Assembly (NCBI GenBank): GCA_900088475.1
Contig: FLMG01004362.1
Span: 1-40,416, forward strand
Length of the DNA: 40,416 nt
Origin: Hyphochytrium catenoides
Lineage: Eukaryota; Protista; Hyphochytriomycota
Reading direction: 5' to 3'
Position numbers and translations under genes: made by a program. A model generated the notes under the pieces. It worked only from the letters and a program-made list of their open reading frames with translations. It made no database searches and was not told where the DNA came from. Positions 22,661 to 33,800 of the stretch are shown piece after piece; positions within the stretch are counted from its first letter, which is position 1, and every line of letters starts with the position of its first letter.

Positions 22661-24579
22661 TCATAGCAGTGTATTGATGGGATATAAGAGAACGTTCATA
22701 GCTGCTGTGACGACCAGCGTGTGATTGCGCGGCACCTGCAGGTAGGAGACTGTCAGTCTCTTTTAACCCCAAGCGAATCCTCTGTCCCCCATTTCTCTTA
22801 CCTCAACCCAGTCCTGCTCGTCATTTGCCAACCGCTCAGATGCCAGGACCACTACCTGCTCTCTGCGATCGGTCTGTTAAGCCAGCCAGCAATTGTTAGT
22901 CTAGAGGTCAAAAAGAGCGCTTTGCCTGCCACGGGAAGCTGCTCTCTCTCTCTTACCCTGCGCATGTAGTAGTGGTCCGGATTCGAGGCACTCGCGACCC
23001 AAGCAGTTCCTGAGGCAATATACAGAGAGGGCGCAGCCGAACCTTTCTTGTTGGCGTAGCGAGTGCTGCAGATGCGAGTCACGGGGCTTTATGTAAGATA
23101 AGGCGCAAAGACAATAGAAAGATAGACAGAAGAGAAAATTGTAGACTCCAAGCCGCACCAGAGCACCGTCTTGCCATCAGTCACCGCGAAGTTGAGAAGG
23201 GAGGTCTCCGATATATTCAGTTCTCGGCTGAATCTGTTTAAAGTCTCAAGCACGCTCTCCAAAACATCCTTGAGCTCCTCAGGAGAGTACTCGTGATCGT
23301 GAATCCCCTGCCGCCGCTGCAGCTCAGAAAGAAACAGGGCAAAGCTGGGCAGAAAGCTTGGCGTTAGATAGTGGAACGTGGGTGTATAAGCGACAAATGG
23401 CGCACCAGTGCTCAGAGTCTGTGCTGCCATGAATGGCTCCAAACGCCTCGTCAGTAATCTGCGCCAGCACTCGGCGCTTAAGTAGATTGAAGTGCGCGAC
23501 TCCTCTATCATCAGAAGGGAGGTAACCAAGCATAAGATGATAGTTGAGAGACAGAGCCACAAGTTCCTACCCTTACCCGTTGTGCATGAACATATACTTT
23601 CCGTAGCAGAAGGGGTGGCAGTTCACTTCAGAAGTCACAGAGCCAATGGACGCAGCTCGCACATGGGCGAAGAAGAGTGGAGAGCTGCAATGACAATCAG
23701 GGTTATCGATGTGCTGGTGGGAGAGGACACAGCTTTGGTGAAGGCAAAGGAACAGATGTGAAGACGCAGTGTTTTGCGTTGGGAAGCGGAGCAGGTGCAC
23801 TAGGGAAAGCGAGAGAGATCGATAGATAGAAGAGCATGAACTGCAGGCTACCTTATCTTAGCGGAGAGATGCAGCAGGTTGCTGTTGTTCCAAGCGGGCG
23901 AGATGCTGTTAAAGATACAGGGGCCCTGGAGGTTCTTGCGCTCGCGGTCCTTCGAGAGACGAAGCTTCTTGGGCGGAGAGGGGCCATCTTCTGCTGCATA
24001 GTAAGAAGGAAACAGAGGACTGTTAGTCTTAGTAGCGGATAGAGAGTAAGGCAGCTCCGTAGCTCCACCTTCTTCTTCTTCTAACAATCTGGGAAGACCG
24101 CCCTCCTCGCTTTCACTTAGCGTCTGATACAGCTTCTCAGAGTACCAGCCAATCCCAAAGCCATCCGCTGATTGATACGCGACAAAAGAAGAAGATGTTA
24201 GAGGCTAGCAAGGCAAGAGTAAGGGCAAAGCAGGGGACGTAGAGACCCTGGAAAGCAGAGGAAAAAGGAGGGCAAAGTCTGCAAAGAAGGGAAAGACCAA
24301 GGAAGGTGGTGATCATGAGAGCGTTGTGCAAGCTAAGCTCTACCCACTGAGCACGAAGACGTTAACGGAGAAAGCATGCATCAATTGCCCGCCAGACGCT
24401 GCTCCGTCGAGGAGGAGAAGCAGGGTACCGTTTAGGGAAGGCGGCAGGCCTGTGTTATGGAAACGCTCCTGGCAGTTGTAGCTCTGCCTGATGATGGAAT
24501 GCTTGGGTCTCACTAGCAAGTCCTCGAGCAGAATTGACTGTCTGAGTCCCGCCCCCTTGTAGATCAGCATCCGGCACAT
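22661..24579 (-). CDS. DUG3: Class II glutamine amidotransferase (Ntn hydrolase), DUG3/EgtC-like, multi-exon
   Basis: N-terminal MCRMLIYKG (nucleophile Cys2), PKHSIIRQS, NADGFGIGWY, PAWNNSNL, FAHVRAAS, NCHPF..FMHNG, GSTDSEHCFALFL, SLLNFAVTDG, CTRY, PSLY, LASERL..DWVEVPRNH. Confidence 0.9.
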
Positions 24580-25369
24580 TTCTACCGGCAGCTTCCACCT
24601 CCCTCCAGTCCTATTATGACTGCGCAGCCCGCGGCAAGGAATCAACGAGCCCCCTACTTAGCCATGGACTCCATGACTTTTGACACAACCATATACCTTC
24701 TAGGCCCCACCCATGCAGTGCCCTCGATCTCTAATCAGTTCCTATCAGCTGAAGGTTGTCTAGAGACTGCAGATGCAAGGCTCTGGAGCCGAGCAGGAAG
24801 CCCTTCTAACGCCCTAGTAGGGCAGCGGCATTGGCAAGTGCTTCGAGGTCTGGGGAAAAAAGTTTCATTTCCTGTTCTCAGAGCTCTGAAAGTGACGCTG
24901 CTATCGGGACTCACTGTCGGTTAGCGGCTCAGATGTGGAAGGAAGAGAGTCAGAAAGGTACGGAAGACGGTGCTCTCTGCTTCTAGCCTTTTAGTTATTA
25001 GCATAGGAGAGAGCTCTCCTTAAGGCTTTGTTGTCGGGCAGGTTTGTCTCTCCTGACTCTGGCAGTACGAAGCTGTCGCCAGTGGCTGCTGACCAGGAGC
25101 GACGGATGCTGATTGAACATAGCTAAATAAAGTGAGCTAGCTGGCAGGCAGAGAGCAAGCTCCATGGGCAACTGCCAGTTCTAGGTCCTCACTGTGCGTC
25201 AGAGACTCGAGGGCCCCAGCTCTTACGGGTGCATCTAACCTTCCAGACAGAATTGAGCACATTGGCTAGGAATGTGCCCCGTCGATGCTGCCGACAATGC
25301 GTGCATAAAGCGAGTCAGAGTTCCCCAAGCGATCCAAACGAAGCATCTACTCTTGACGGTAGATGAACC

Positions 25370-27903
25370 TCAGGCTCCAGCCACGTGGTGTCGGATGGTG
25401 CCCAGCCAGCCTTTCCTTGCACTGCCATGATTGTAGGCCTCTATCGCCGCCTTCAGCGACTCCACCCAGTTCCGTACGTCCTGTTGCGTCTCCGCAGCCA
25501 GGATGTACCGTCGTTTTGCTGTCTGAATAGCAAAGCGTCGGTCCTCAGGAGGCCCTGGGAGCTGGAGAGTAACCCTAGAAGGCTCTTTGGGAAGGACTTC
25601 GACCATCTCACTGCTAAGGCCCCTGAAAGAAATCTGCAAACGTGGAAAGTGTTCAGTTTGGCCTCTTTCCTTCGCTATCAATCTTTCATCGTCGCCCTGT
25701 ACCACTAGGTCGGACCGGCTGTCTCTATCTCCCTCGTCTCTCAATCCGCTTGGCTCTCTCTCATGACACTCAGCGCCACAACGGTGCCACTCTAGGGCTC
25801 TTACCTCTCCTAGGTATATCTCTCCTGAGCACGTCTCTTTAGACTCATAGTACCGCAAAGCGTTCTTGCTGAGAATGAAGAAGCGCCGCTTCCAGTTCTG
25901 CACAAACTCTCCTTTCTTCCATCTGTGAGAGGCGGAGGAGGGTTAACTTCAGCAAGAAAGAGAAATGACAGAAAGAGAGGTATGAGAAGATCGTCTTACA
26001 AATAGCCCTCCGTCACAAACTTGAAGGAGGTCCCATCTGACTGCTGTTGAGAGGAGCTCTTCTCTTCTCTTTTGGCTGGCGATCGTGGGGCAGCGCCGCC
26101 TGTAGACGCTGAGCAGGTCGCCTTAATCGCAGTCTCCCACTGCATATGAAATAGAGGATCTCGTCAACAGAAGGACAACGCGCTTGGAAACCTTCAGGCT
26201 TAGCCTACCTCTAGGACGTCCCATTCACTTCCCGCGAGATAGAAAGTGCGCGTGGTCCCGCCACTTGGGATGGTCAACAGAGCAGAAGCCTTCTGTCCCC
26301 GTCCAAGGTCAATATCAAGATTGGGACTGACCTCTACGCTCAATGGGCTGACGCCCTGCAGTTGGATCTGATGAGAAGCAAAGTGAAAGGAAGGCTGCAG
26401 TGAGGCCAGAACCCGGGGCGAGGTAAGGAGATGGGCAGACGAAGGAACGCAAAGGAGATAATAAAGTGAAGAAAGCTAGCGAGCCAGAGAAAGGGAGAGA
26501 CAAGGGCAAGAGAGTAATCGGAAGTCAAGGAGACGCGGGAATGGAAAGCGAAAGAAAGAGGAGAACTCAAGTGGAGAGCGATGCAAGCTAGACAGAGTTA
26601 CAGTCCATACCTCGCCCTTCAGCGGTGCCCCTGGACTGTCATAGTAGCGGATCGTGTAAGGATGAAGAGTGAAATATCGCTGCCTCCAGCCCTTATTCAA
26701 CGCGCCTTGCTTCCAAAGATACCCGTCCTACAAGGGCACCGAAGTAAGTCATCCTCTCCTCTCCCTAGTAGTGAGAAATACGGGGCATGTCGCTCATACC
26801 TTCACCAGTGCTGTCGGGTTCTTACGAATGTAGTCCGCAATGTTAGGTTGCAATGCTTCTTTGAATTTCTGGGAACCTTCCTTCGACAGACCACGACGTC
26901 CACCATCGCTCTTTGAAGGGTGAGAGGAGTGCTCACGTCCATGTCCTTCCTGCTGTGCGCCTCGAGAAGGGGAAGAGTGGCCCTTCTTTCCCTCTGCCGG
27001 TGAACGCGCCTTCTCCGTTTGAACGTTTCTCTGATCTCGAGCAGAGCTGTCCGCCGTTCCTGCCCACTCCAATGGCGTGTAGAGGTCTGAAGCCGGTGAG
27101 CGGAACCCTGAGTTTGTCCCTATTAAGGAAGAGAGAAGGACGACAATAAGATGAGAAGCAGCGACGGCACAGAGGAACGGTGCGGCGGACCCACCGTGTC
27201 GGGAGATCACTGAGCCTCTTGGAGCGTAGGCATCTCCGTCCCTGTCCCTATGTGCAGAGCCTATATAGCCCGGGGCAGCGAGTGTCATTAAGCTTTTAGT
27301 CTTATAGTGCTTCTAGCGGTCGGTAGTTTACCATTGCCGGTCTCCATCTGCTGGCCTCTCTGAGCACTGGAGGCGCGTGACTTATGGGCCTGTGAAGCCT
27401 AGCATGACAAAAACCAAGGGGTTTGGCTCTTAGTCCGAGAGGCGCCAGGAAAGGATAGGCATTCCTTCATTGAGCTAAGACCCTCACCTTCGCGTCTGAC
27501 ATGGCATTGTGGGCAGCAGCATCCGTTGATCGGCTCCGAGCTCTCACCTACGTCGCAGACTTAGCGTTATGAACGACAGGCCAGGCTGAAAGAAGGAAGC
27601 GTCCTGCTTACCTTCTCGCGCTTAGAGCTGGAGGGCCGCGCGAACAGCGAACCCCTTGCCAACGTTGCTGACTCTCGCGAGTATACTGGTCGCAGCTCTT
27701 CTGAGCCAGCTTCAAACCCATCGTGCTTCACCGGTTTACCTGAAGAGACATAACATGGATAATGAGCGCCCACGAACCGTCGTAAAAGGCTAACGCTAGC
27801 ACTTACGGTTGTCCTTCTCCTCCTGTATGTCCTGGTAGCCGGCCACAACGTCCTCCTTCAGCTCGTTCACTGCATCCTTGAAGACGGCGAAGTAAGAAGT
27901 CAT
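25370..27903 (-). CDS. Tandem pleckstrin-homology (2x PH) domain protein with low-complexity N-terminus, multi-exon
   Basis: PH1: DGYLWKQGALNKGWRQRYFTL..IRYYDS..LKGE..RTFYLAGSE..WETAIK. PH2: EGYLWKKGEFVQNWKRRFFIL..LRYYES..GEIYL..FAIQTAKRRYILAAETQQDVRNWVESLK. Start ATG 27903 followed by a GTAAGT donor. Confidence 0.85.
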
Positions 27904-29360
27904 TTCTGTCCTGCTTGCCTGCCGCTCTTCCAGCGGAGCAGGCTCACGGAGAAGACACTTCTGCAGCTAATTCTTCAACTCTTTTGAGTCAACAGACAAT
28001 CGCCCACGGCTGGACTAAACCAGGGCTTCGCTTCAAAAAGACCGTCCGTCCTTGAAGCTCTGTCAACAGCGTTAGGCTAGGAACTAGGCTTTGGTCTCTT
28101 CCATCTTCCTTCCATCGTCGGCTCCTCTGTGCCTGTTTCCTAACATCTCAGACAAAACTCCCGAAGCCGAATCAGAAGCAGATGCGGGAAGTTGGAGACG
28201 GTTAGCGGCTAAGGCTAAGAATAGCAAAGGTCCGGACACTGGGAGAGGACAAGACAAGGAAGCTGATTGGCAGAAAGTGTACAGGCCCTAGTTCCTAGGA
28301 AGAAGATAAAGACTTTGGAACGATCTTTCCTTGTATAAGAGACCCATCAACGGAGAGTGTTGGTCCAGCTCTGGAAGCCCTTGATAGCTTTCCAGCCACG
28401 TCCCTGATGACTGAACGGCGGACGTTCTGCTGATCAAGCGATGATCCAAGAAAGGAGTGAAGAGACATGACTAGCGACATAGCGACAAGCTAAAGGATGT
28501 TGAAGGATAACAGATGCCAGCAGAGGCTACTGCCACTGGTAGAAGTAGCTGTAGAAGTAGAGGCTTAGCAGCGATCACTCAGTGCTTTCAGCATCACTCT
28601 GTTGGCTCCGCTATAAGAGAGTGACAACATTCTCACCCAAGGGACCGGGGTTCCAACTACCACTGAGGCTCGCCAGATGGGGGGCAGCCTCTGCCCCACT
28701 GGGACCACTACTTGGACCGCGAGATGCGAAGATAAACAGATGCAAGCCATACTAATTCACTGTTGAATGCGTCGATTCCTTGGATACGTCTTAGCTGTGA
28801 TACCATGAGTGGTGGTCGTTTCTGGCGTTTTAGAAGGTCGGACGGGCTACGGCACAATGGGAGAGTGAAGTAAGGAAGGCCTATGATAAGTGAAGGGCAG
28901 CTCATAACGACTCTTCTTGGTGTAGACTAGCAGCATGGAGTGGTGGACGTGGGTCCTTGACAAAGGATCATAGATTAGTAAAGGTCTTGCTGGTATGCAC
29001 TGACAAATTGAACGGCCTATCCTCGACGACACTAGCCGCTAGTCGCGCAAGACTTCTCTCCTCGTTTCCCAATGTCAGTCGTCAGCGTTGCATGAAGATT
29101 AGGACTGAGTCCTACAGCCCACGGACGTAAAAGACAAGCTCAGCTTGCCAGAGCCCGTCCAGCTCCCCACTTTCCCCTGTCCTCTCTCAACTTGGATTGC
29201 CATGGTTCGGAAGGGGCTCTTCATATAATATAACATATTGTCCTTCACCCGCTATCTCCCAAGGAGTGAGCCTAAGAATCGTAGACTGTCCAGAGCGGAT
29301 GAGAAGAGATAGATAAATAGGTCCTTTCTGTGTTTCTAAAAGCTTTTCTCCTCAAAGTGG

Positions 29361-30490
29361 TCATCGATGAGCTCTCTCCCCGAGAGCCAGTCTGTAGAAG
29401 GTGGTGATAGACTTGGAAGCCCTAGAAAGAACCTAGGTGTCAATGCAGTCCCAGTCTTGGAAAGAGCTGCTTTGGCAGAGTTCCTACCTTGTTGCTGCCT
29501 CCACACATTCAAAGAAGGAGCCTCTGGGCATGAGTCCTGCATTAGATTGACAAGGTCAGCACCTTACAAAGTAGGCTGCTCCTTCATGGGCTTACCTGTC
29601 GCCTTTGAGTAACTGACGCTGCCGCTTTCACTAGCCTCTCCCACCAGGCAGCTCACTGCCTCACAGTCCTGCCCTCGATAGGTCAGCAACGAGATGGAGT
29701 TCGCCAAGCTATGCGCCCTACCTTATCCTCTTCCTTCGTTGGATCCATTAGGAGAGAGCCCGTTGCTGTCAACCCTACACTGATGGCTACTGGGAGCATT
29801 CGAAGCGCTATGCCTAGACACGGAAGAGCGTAAGATAGCTTGCCCTGTTAGAAGCCAGCAATCACGCACCTGCATCTATGAGAGCCAAGACGGTGCCATT
29901 GATGGCGGCTGCAATGACGTGGGATCGTTAAGGGAGAACATGCACAGACGCTATAATTGAGAAAGATTGGTAGGACGTGCTAAAGGAGAGGCAGAGACTG
30001 GCATTGAGAAGGATATCGAGCCATCGTCCGAAAGAACTTGCACGACAATGCTGATTACTGTTCGCGGGTAGCTAGATAAGAGGACGGCAGGCTCAACTGC
30101 TCCTCTGACGGCAAGCTCGATCTCTTTCTCTACTGGACCTGTTAAAGCAAGCAAATGTCAAAGTCCACTTGCTTAGGCATGGTGGCACTTTTTCCAAGCA
30201 ATACCTGTCACACCAGTGCCAGGTTTGAGCTGTACCTCCAAGGTCGCGCCAACAGACGACTCGCGAAAGGTCTGACGAGGCTTGGCAGGTCCAAAGATGC
30301 CCACCATCACCGACGTAGAGCCTAGAAAGCAGGCAAAGTCAATAGATAACGTAAGACACTGCATCTAGACGAAGAGCTTACCAAAGGCGAAACGGGCGGA
30401 CCCATCAGCCCTGTTCAACACGTTCTGCTCGCACCCAGGCTGGCGCACCTGGTTAGCCTGTCTTCCATCAGGCCTGGCCCGTCCCGTCAT
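29361..30490 (-). CDS. RRP46: Exosome complex component RRP46 (RNase PH family), multi-exon
   Basis: RPDGRQANQVR..LNRADGSARFAFGSTSVMVGIFGP..LEVQLKP..YPRTVISIVVQVLSDDGSVIAAAINGTVLALIDAGI..LMDPTKEE..ASKSITTFYRLAL; stop TGA at 29361-29363. Confidence 0.92.
29919..30016 (-). other. U12-type (minor spliceosome) AT-AC intron, 98 nt, in RRP46
   Basis: 5' end ATATCCTT, branch motif TCCCTTAAC ending 8 nt before the exon boundary, 3' end CAC; excision joins DDGS|VIAAAING in frame, while retention hits TAG at 29951-29953. Confidence 0.93.
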
Positions 30491-30815
30491 CTTACTCTCA
30501 GCAGGTCCCAATGGAGAACTCTGCTATATAGCACGTTGACACAATGCCGCTCCCGCAGCACGCAGAGCAACCAAAACCTCTTTCATCGCCAATCTCTGCG
30601 CTCTCCGTCTGCATTCTTCCCCGTCTGAAAAGCTCCAAAAGCCGCTGCTTCTCATGCTGCCAGCAGACCCGCAGCCGCTGTATTACTCGCCAGCCACTTC
30701 TCCTCCTTCAATGACAGGGAATACATCCTCTTGGCGTACGCACATGTTCTCCTACAATAGCAGAACTACAACCGCTTAGTGAAGGCCGTTAGCGGCTCTA
30801 CAGGTTCGGGCGAAA

Positions 30816-33800
30816 ATGGAAAGCTCTGAAATTGGTGTCAGAAGCCAGAAACAGAGAATCTGCATCTTCATCACGGGGAGGACCAGAGTCCAGACTCTCG
30901 ATGAAGAGACAGGGAGGCCAGCGAATCTGGATGGCCTAGGGAGAGGAGGGACCAGGTCAAAGATAGCACACTCATTGTTCGCTCTTGTCAATCTTAAGAT
31001 CTGCCTAGTGTGAGACACTATGCTGCTCCCAGGGACAGGTTTTGCTGGCACCTTTTGTGACACTGAGCTTGAGAACAGTTGGTGATGCTCCATCGAATGA
31101 CAGAGAATGGTTCTCAGGTGTTGGCTCTCAAGGTGTTATTCCTCTCCTGAGGTCATGGGGAACCGTGTGTGTGGCGAGAGGGGTAACAGGTGGTGATGGT
31201 TTGCTATAACCAGAGTCAAAGGATGCGTTGGTATACTGCGCACTCTATTCCGGAGTTCAGTGTGGAGCTCCTGTCCGATATCAACGGCAAGAGCGATAAC
31301 TTTGACGGTACATTACACTACGTATAAATTCTATTCAACTGTCCGACGAGACTGGATTCTGACAGTAACTCCACAGGGCCAACAGAAGCAAGTCCAGTTG
31401 CAGGTCGGGTCGGTGCTCCTTGCGCAGAAGAAGTAGAGCCCAAGCTTGATCGGCACGCTGCTGTCAGCATACCCTTGCCAGTTGCGTCCGAGAATGATGA
31501 AAGACAAGAAGTGGGTAGGTCAAACGGGACTGCCAGTCCACAGCCGCAAGGAAATAACGCTTCTCCACTTAGCATCACACTCTTCTTCATACGACGGAAG
31601 GACCAATGGAAAAGGAAAGGCGGAGGACGCCGCCAATAACGCCTACGCCACTCCAAGGTTTAATGCTTCTAAAGGTAGGTTCTAGTGCAGCCTTTGTCAG
31701 TGCGATCCGCGCTGGAAGAGCTTATATTCACTTACCGCAGGAGGAGAACCACCTCAGTCGGCAGCAGGGACCGTGTCATCCTTGTTTATGACAGGCCGCG
31801 GCCATCGTGTGAAGCTCAGTGCCGCCAGTCTCGAAGCTGCATCTGCAGCAGTGCAGACCTTGGAGGAAACCGAGCGCGCGGGGAAGGCTATCGAACAGCG
31901 AAAGCGCACACACGGTGGTCAGCTCATAGGAAAACCCGAAAGCAAAAGACGTAACTTCATCCCGCCAGGCAGTGCTCCAACTGAGCGGAAAGGTTTTGAG
32001 GAGAAAGGATCGCGCCCCAATCTTTCCCGAGGAGGTCGACCAAGATTCGCATTGCCTGCTCATGAGTCAGAGCCGCGGCCTGCTGACGAAAGTGGAAGAG
32101 AAACAGAGCTGACCAAGCAGACGGCAAGCAGCCTCCATAAGAACCACGAAACCTCTAACGCAAAACTAGCTCCACCGAACGATAATGGACATCAGGGGGA
32201 ATTAAAAGCTTATCAAGGCCGCCACTCTTTTCCTGAGCAAAAGCATGGCCTCACTCCTACCAAACGCCGCTTAGAGCAGGACCAAGATGCTCCGTCCAAT
32301 GCTCGCAGGGTGCCGGACCGTATGGCGTTGGTAAAAAGAGCTCCAGGAGTCAGAGGAGACCGCCAATTCAGCATTAAAGAGCCAGGGCAGGCGTTTAAGC
32401 AGTCACATTCTGATAGTGATTACACGGATAAGTTCCCAGATGGCCGCCATCCTCCAGAGTCCTCCGGTGCAGCAGGATTCCCGTCTCTGTTCCAGACAGG
32501 TGGGGGTAGACGGATAGTGCTCTCTGAGGAGAAGCTTATGAGCGCGTCCGCGTGGCTTGCAGATGAAACTCTGGCAGGAACAAGAGCGGGATTGTCTCCA
32601 GCAAATGCATCATCAGCGGCTAGCCGCGGAAGTCAATCCCTAAGCAGCTCTAGCGGACCTCTCAATGTTAATGATAGGGCTTCAAACAGATCTGACTTGA
32701 AGGAGAGAGTAGGTAGCGCGCCGTTAAAAAGCAAGGAGCATATGGTTTCTTCTGGCTTCAAGACTGCTAGAGACCAACCAGTCTCTATCTCTGCTACCGC
32801 CCTCAAGGAGGCGGAGCGGCGAATATGGAGCTATGATTGCGAGCATAGTGAGAACGAGACTGCTGCCAGCCAAGAGAAGGAGAACCGTAGCAACGGTCAC
32901 CTCTCTGCACTCCAAGATGTACCCCTGAGGCCTTCTGTAGAGCAAATTTCTTTTGGGTCTCGGGCCGTCGGAATGGCTGACGGGACGTCCAGCATCGCGT
33001 CCCTAGTTCCGACAACACGAGGCGCCCTTGAGCGACTGCAGCACAATCAGATTGAAGAGCAAGTTAACGCTGCACATAGAGCCAAACTTTTCGGTAGCCC
33101 GCCTTCTTCTACGGCTAGGGCTCGTGGTATAGTGAAGGACTCGGTCTCCCTAGAGGCGGCGTATGGAGTCAAGGACACTGGCCATCCTGTTGTGGAGAAG
33201 TCTGAAGAGGCTTCTTCTAAACAGGTCCTTTCTGCTTTCACAACCGGCAGAGATCGACGCATCTCTCTCTCCGCTGCGGCCCTCCATGAAGCTGAGATCA
33301 GGCTACTGGGTTCTGAAGAGGAGGTAGAGGATTCTACTCCTTTGAGTCTGCAAAACGTTAGTGGCCAGCGCCTTCAAGACCGCAAACCTTTAAGGTCCTC
33401 CTTGGATGGTGGGACGAAGCATACTATTATGAGTTCATCTGCCGAAGGGAAGCATGACGTGACGGCTGTCGTTTCGTTATTCCAAACCGGCAGGGGCGGA
33501 AGCGTTGTCGTATCTAAGAAAAACCTGGACAATGCATTACAAAGGGTAAGGGATCAAGAGAAACTCTCAGAGGTTACGCCGCCGCAGGCGGGCAAGGGAC
33601 AGCTGAAGGCCACAAGTGCCGATCAGGGCAGTTCTTTGCCAAAAGCACCTGCTGAGCAATTGCAGGAAGATGGACAGGGCAGCACCTCCAAGGGAAGTGG
33701 CTCTGTCGTGCCGACCTTGTTTCAGACGGGTCGAGGCATGGCGGTGAGCCTCAGCGCCGAGAAGTTGGCTGCGGCCGAGGTTGCCGTCCACGCGACGGAC

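Noticed and set aside
552-27903. PX, DEPDC5 and tandem-PH genes as a TOR/phosphoinositide gene cluster
   Set aside because: Mixed orientations and unrelated housekeeping neighbours; no evidence beyond proximity.
28000-29300. Several 60-66 aa ORFs between the PH gene and RRP46
   Set aside because: No motifs or coherent splice pattern; treated as intergenic or UTR.
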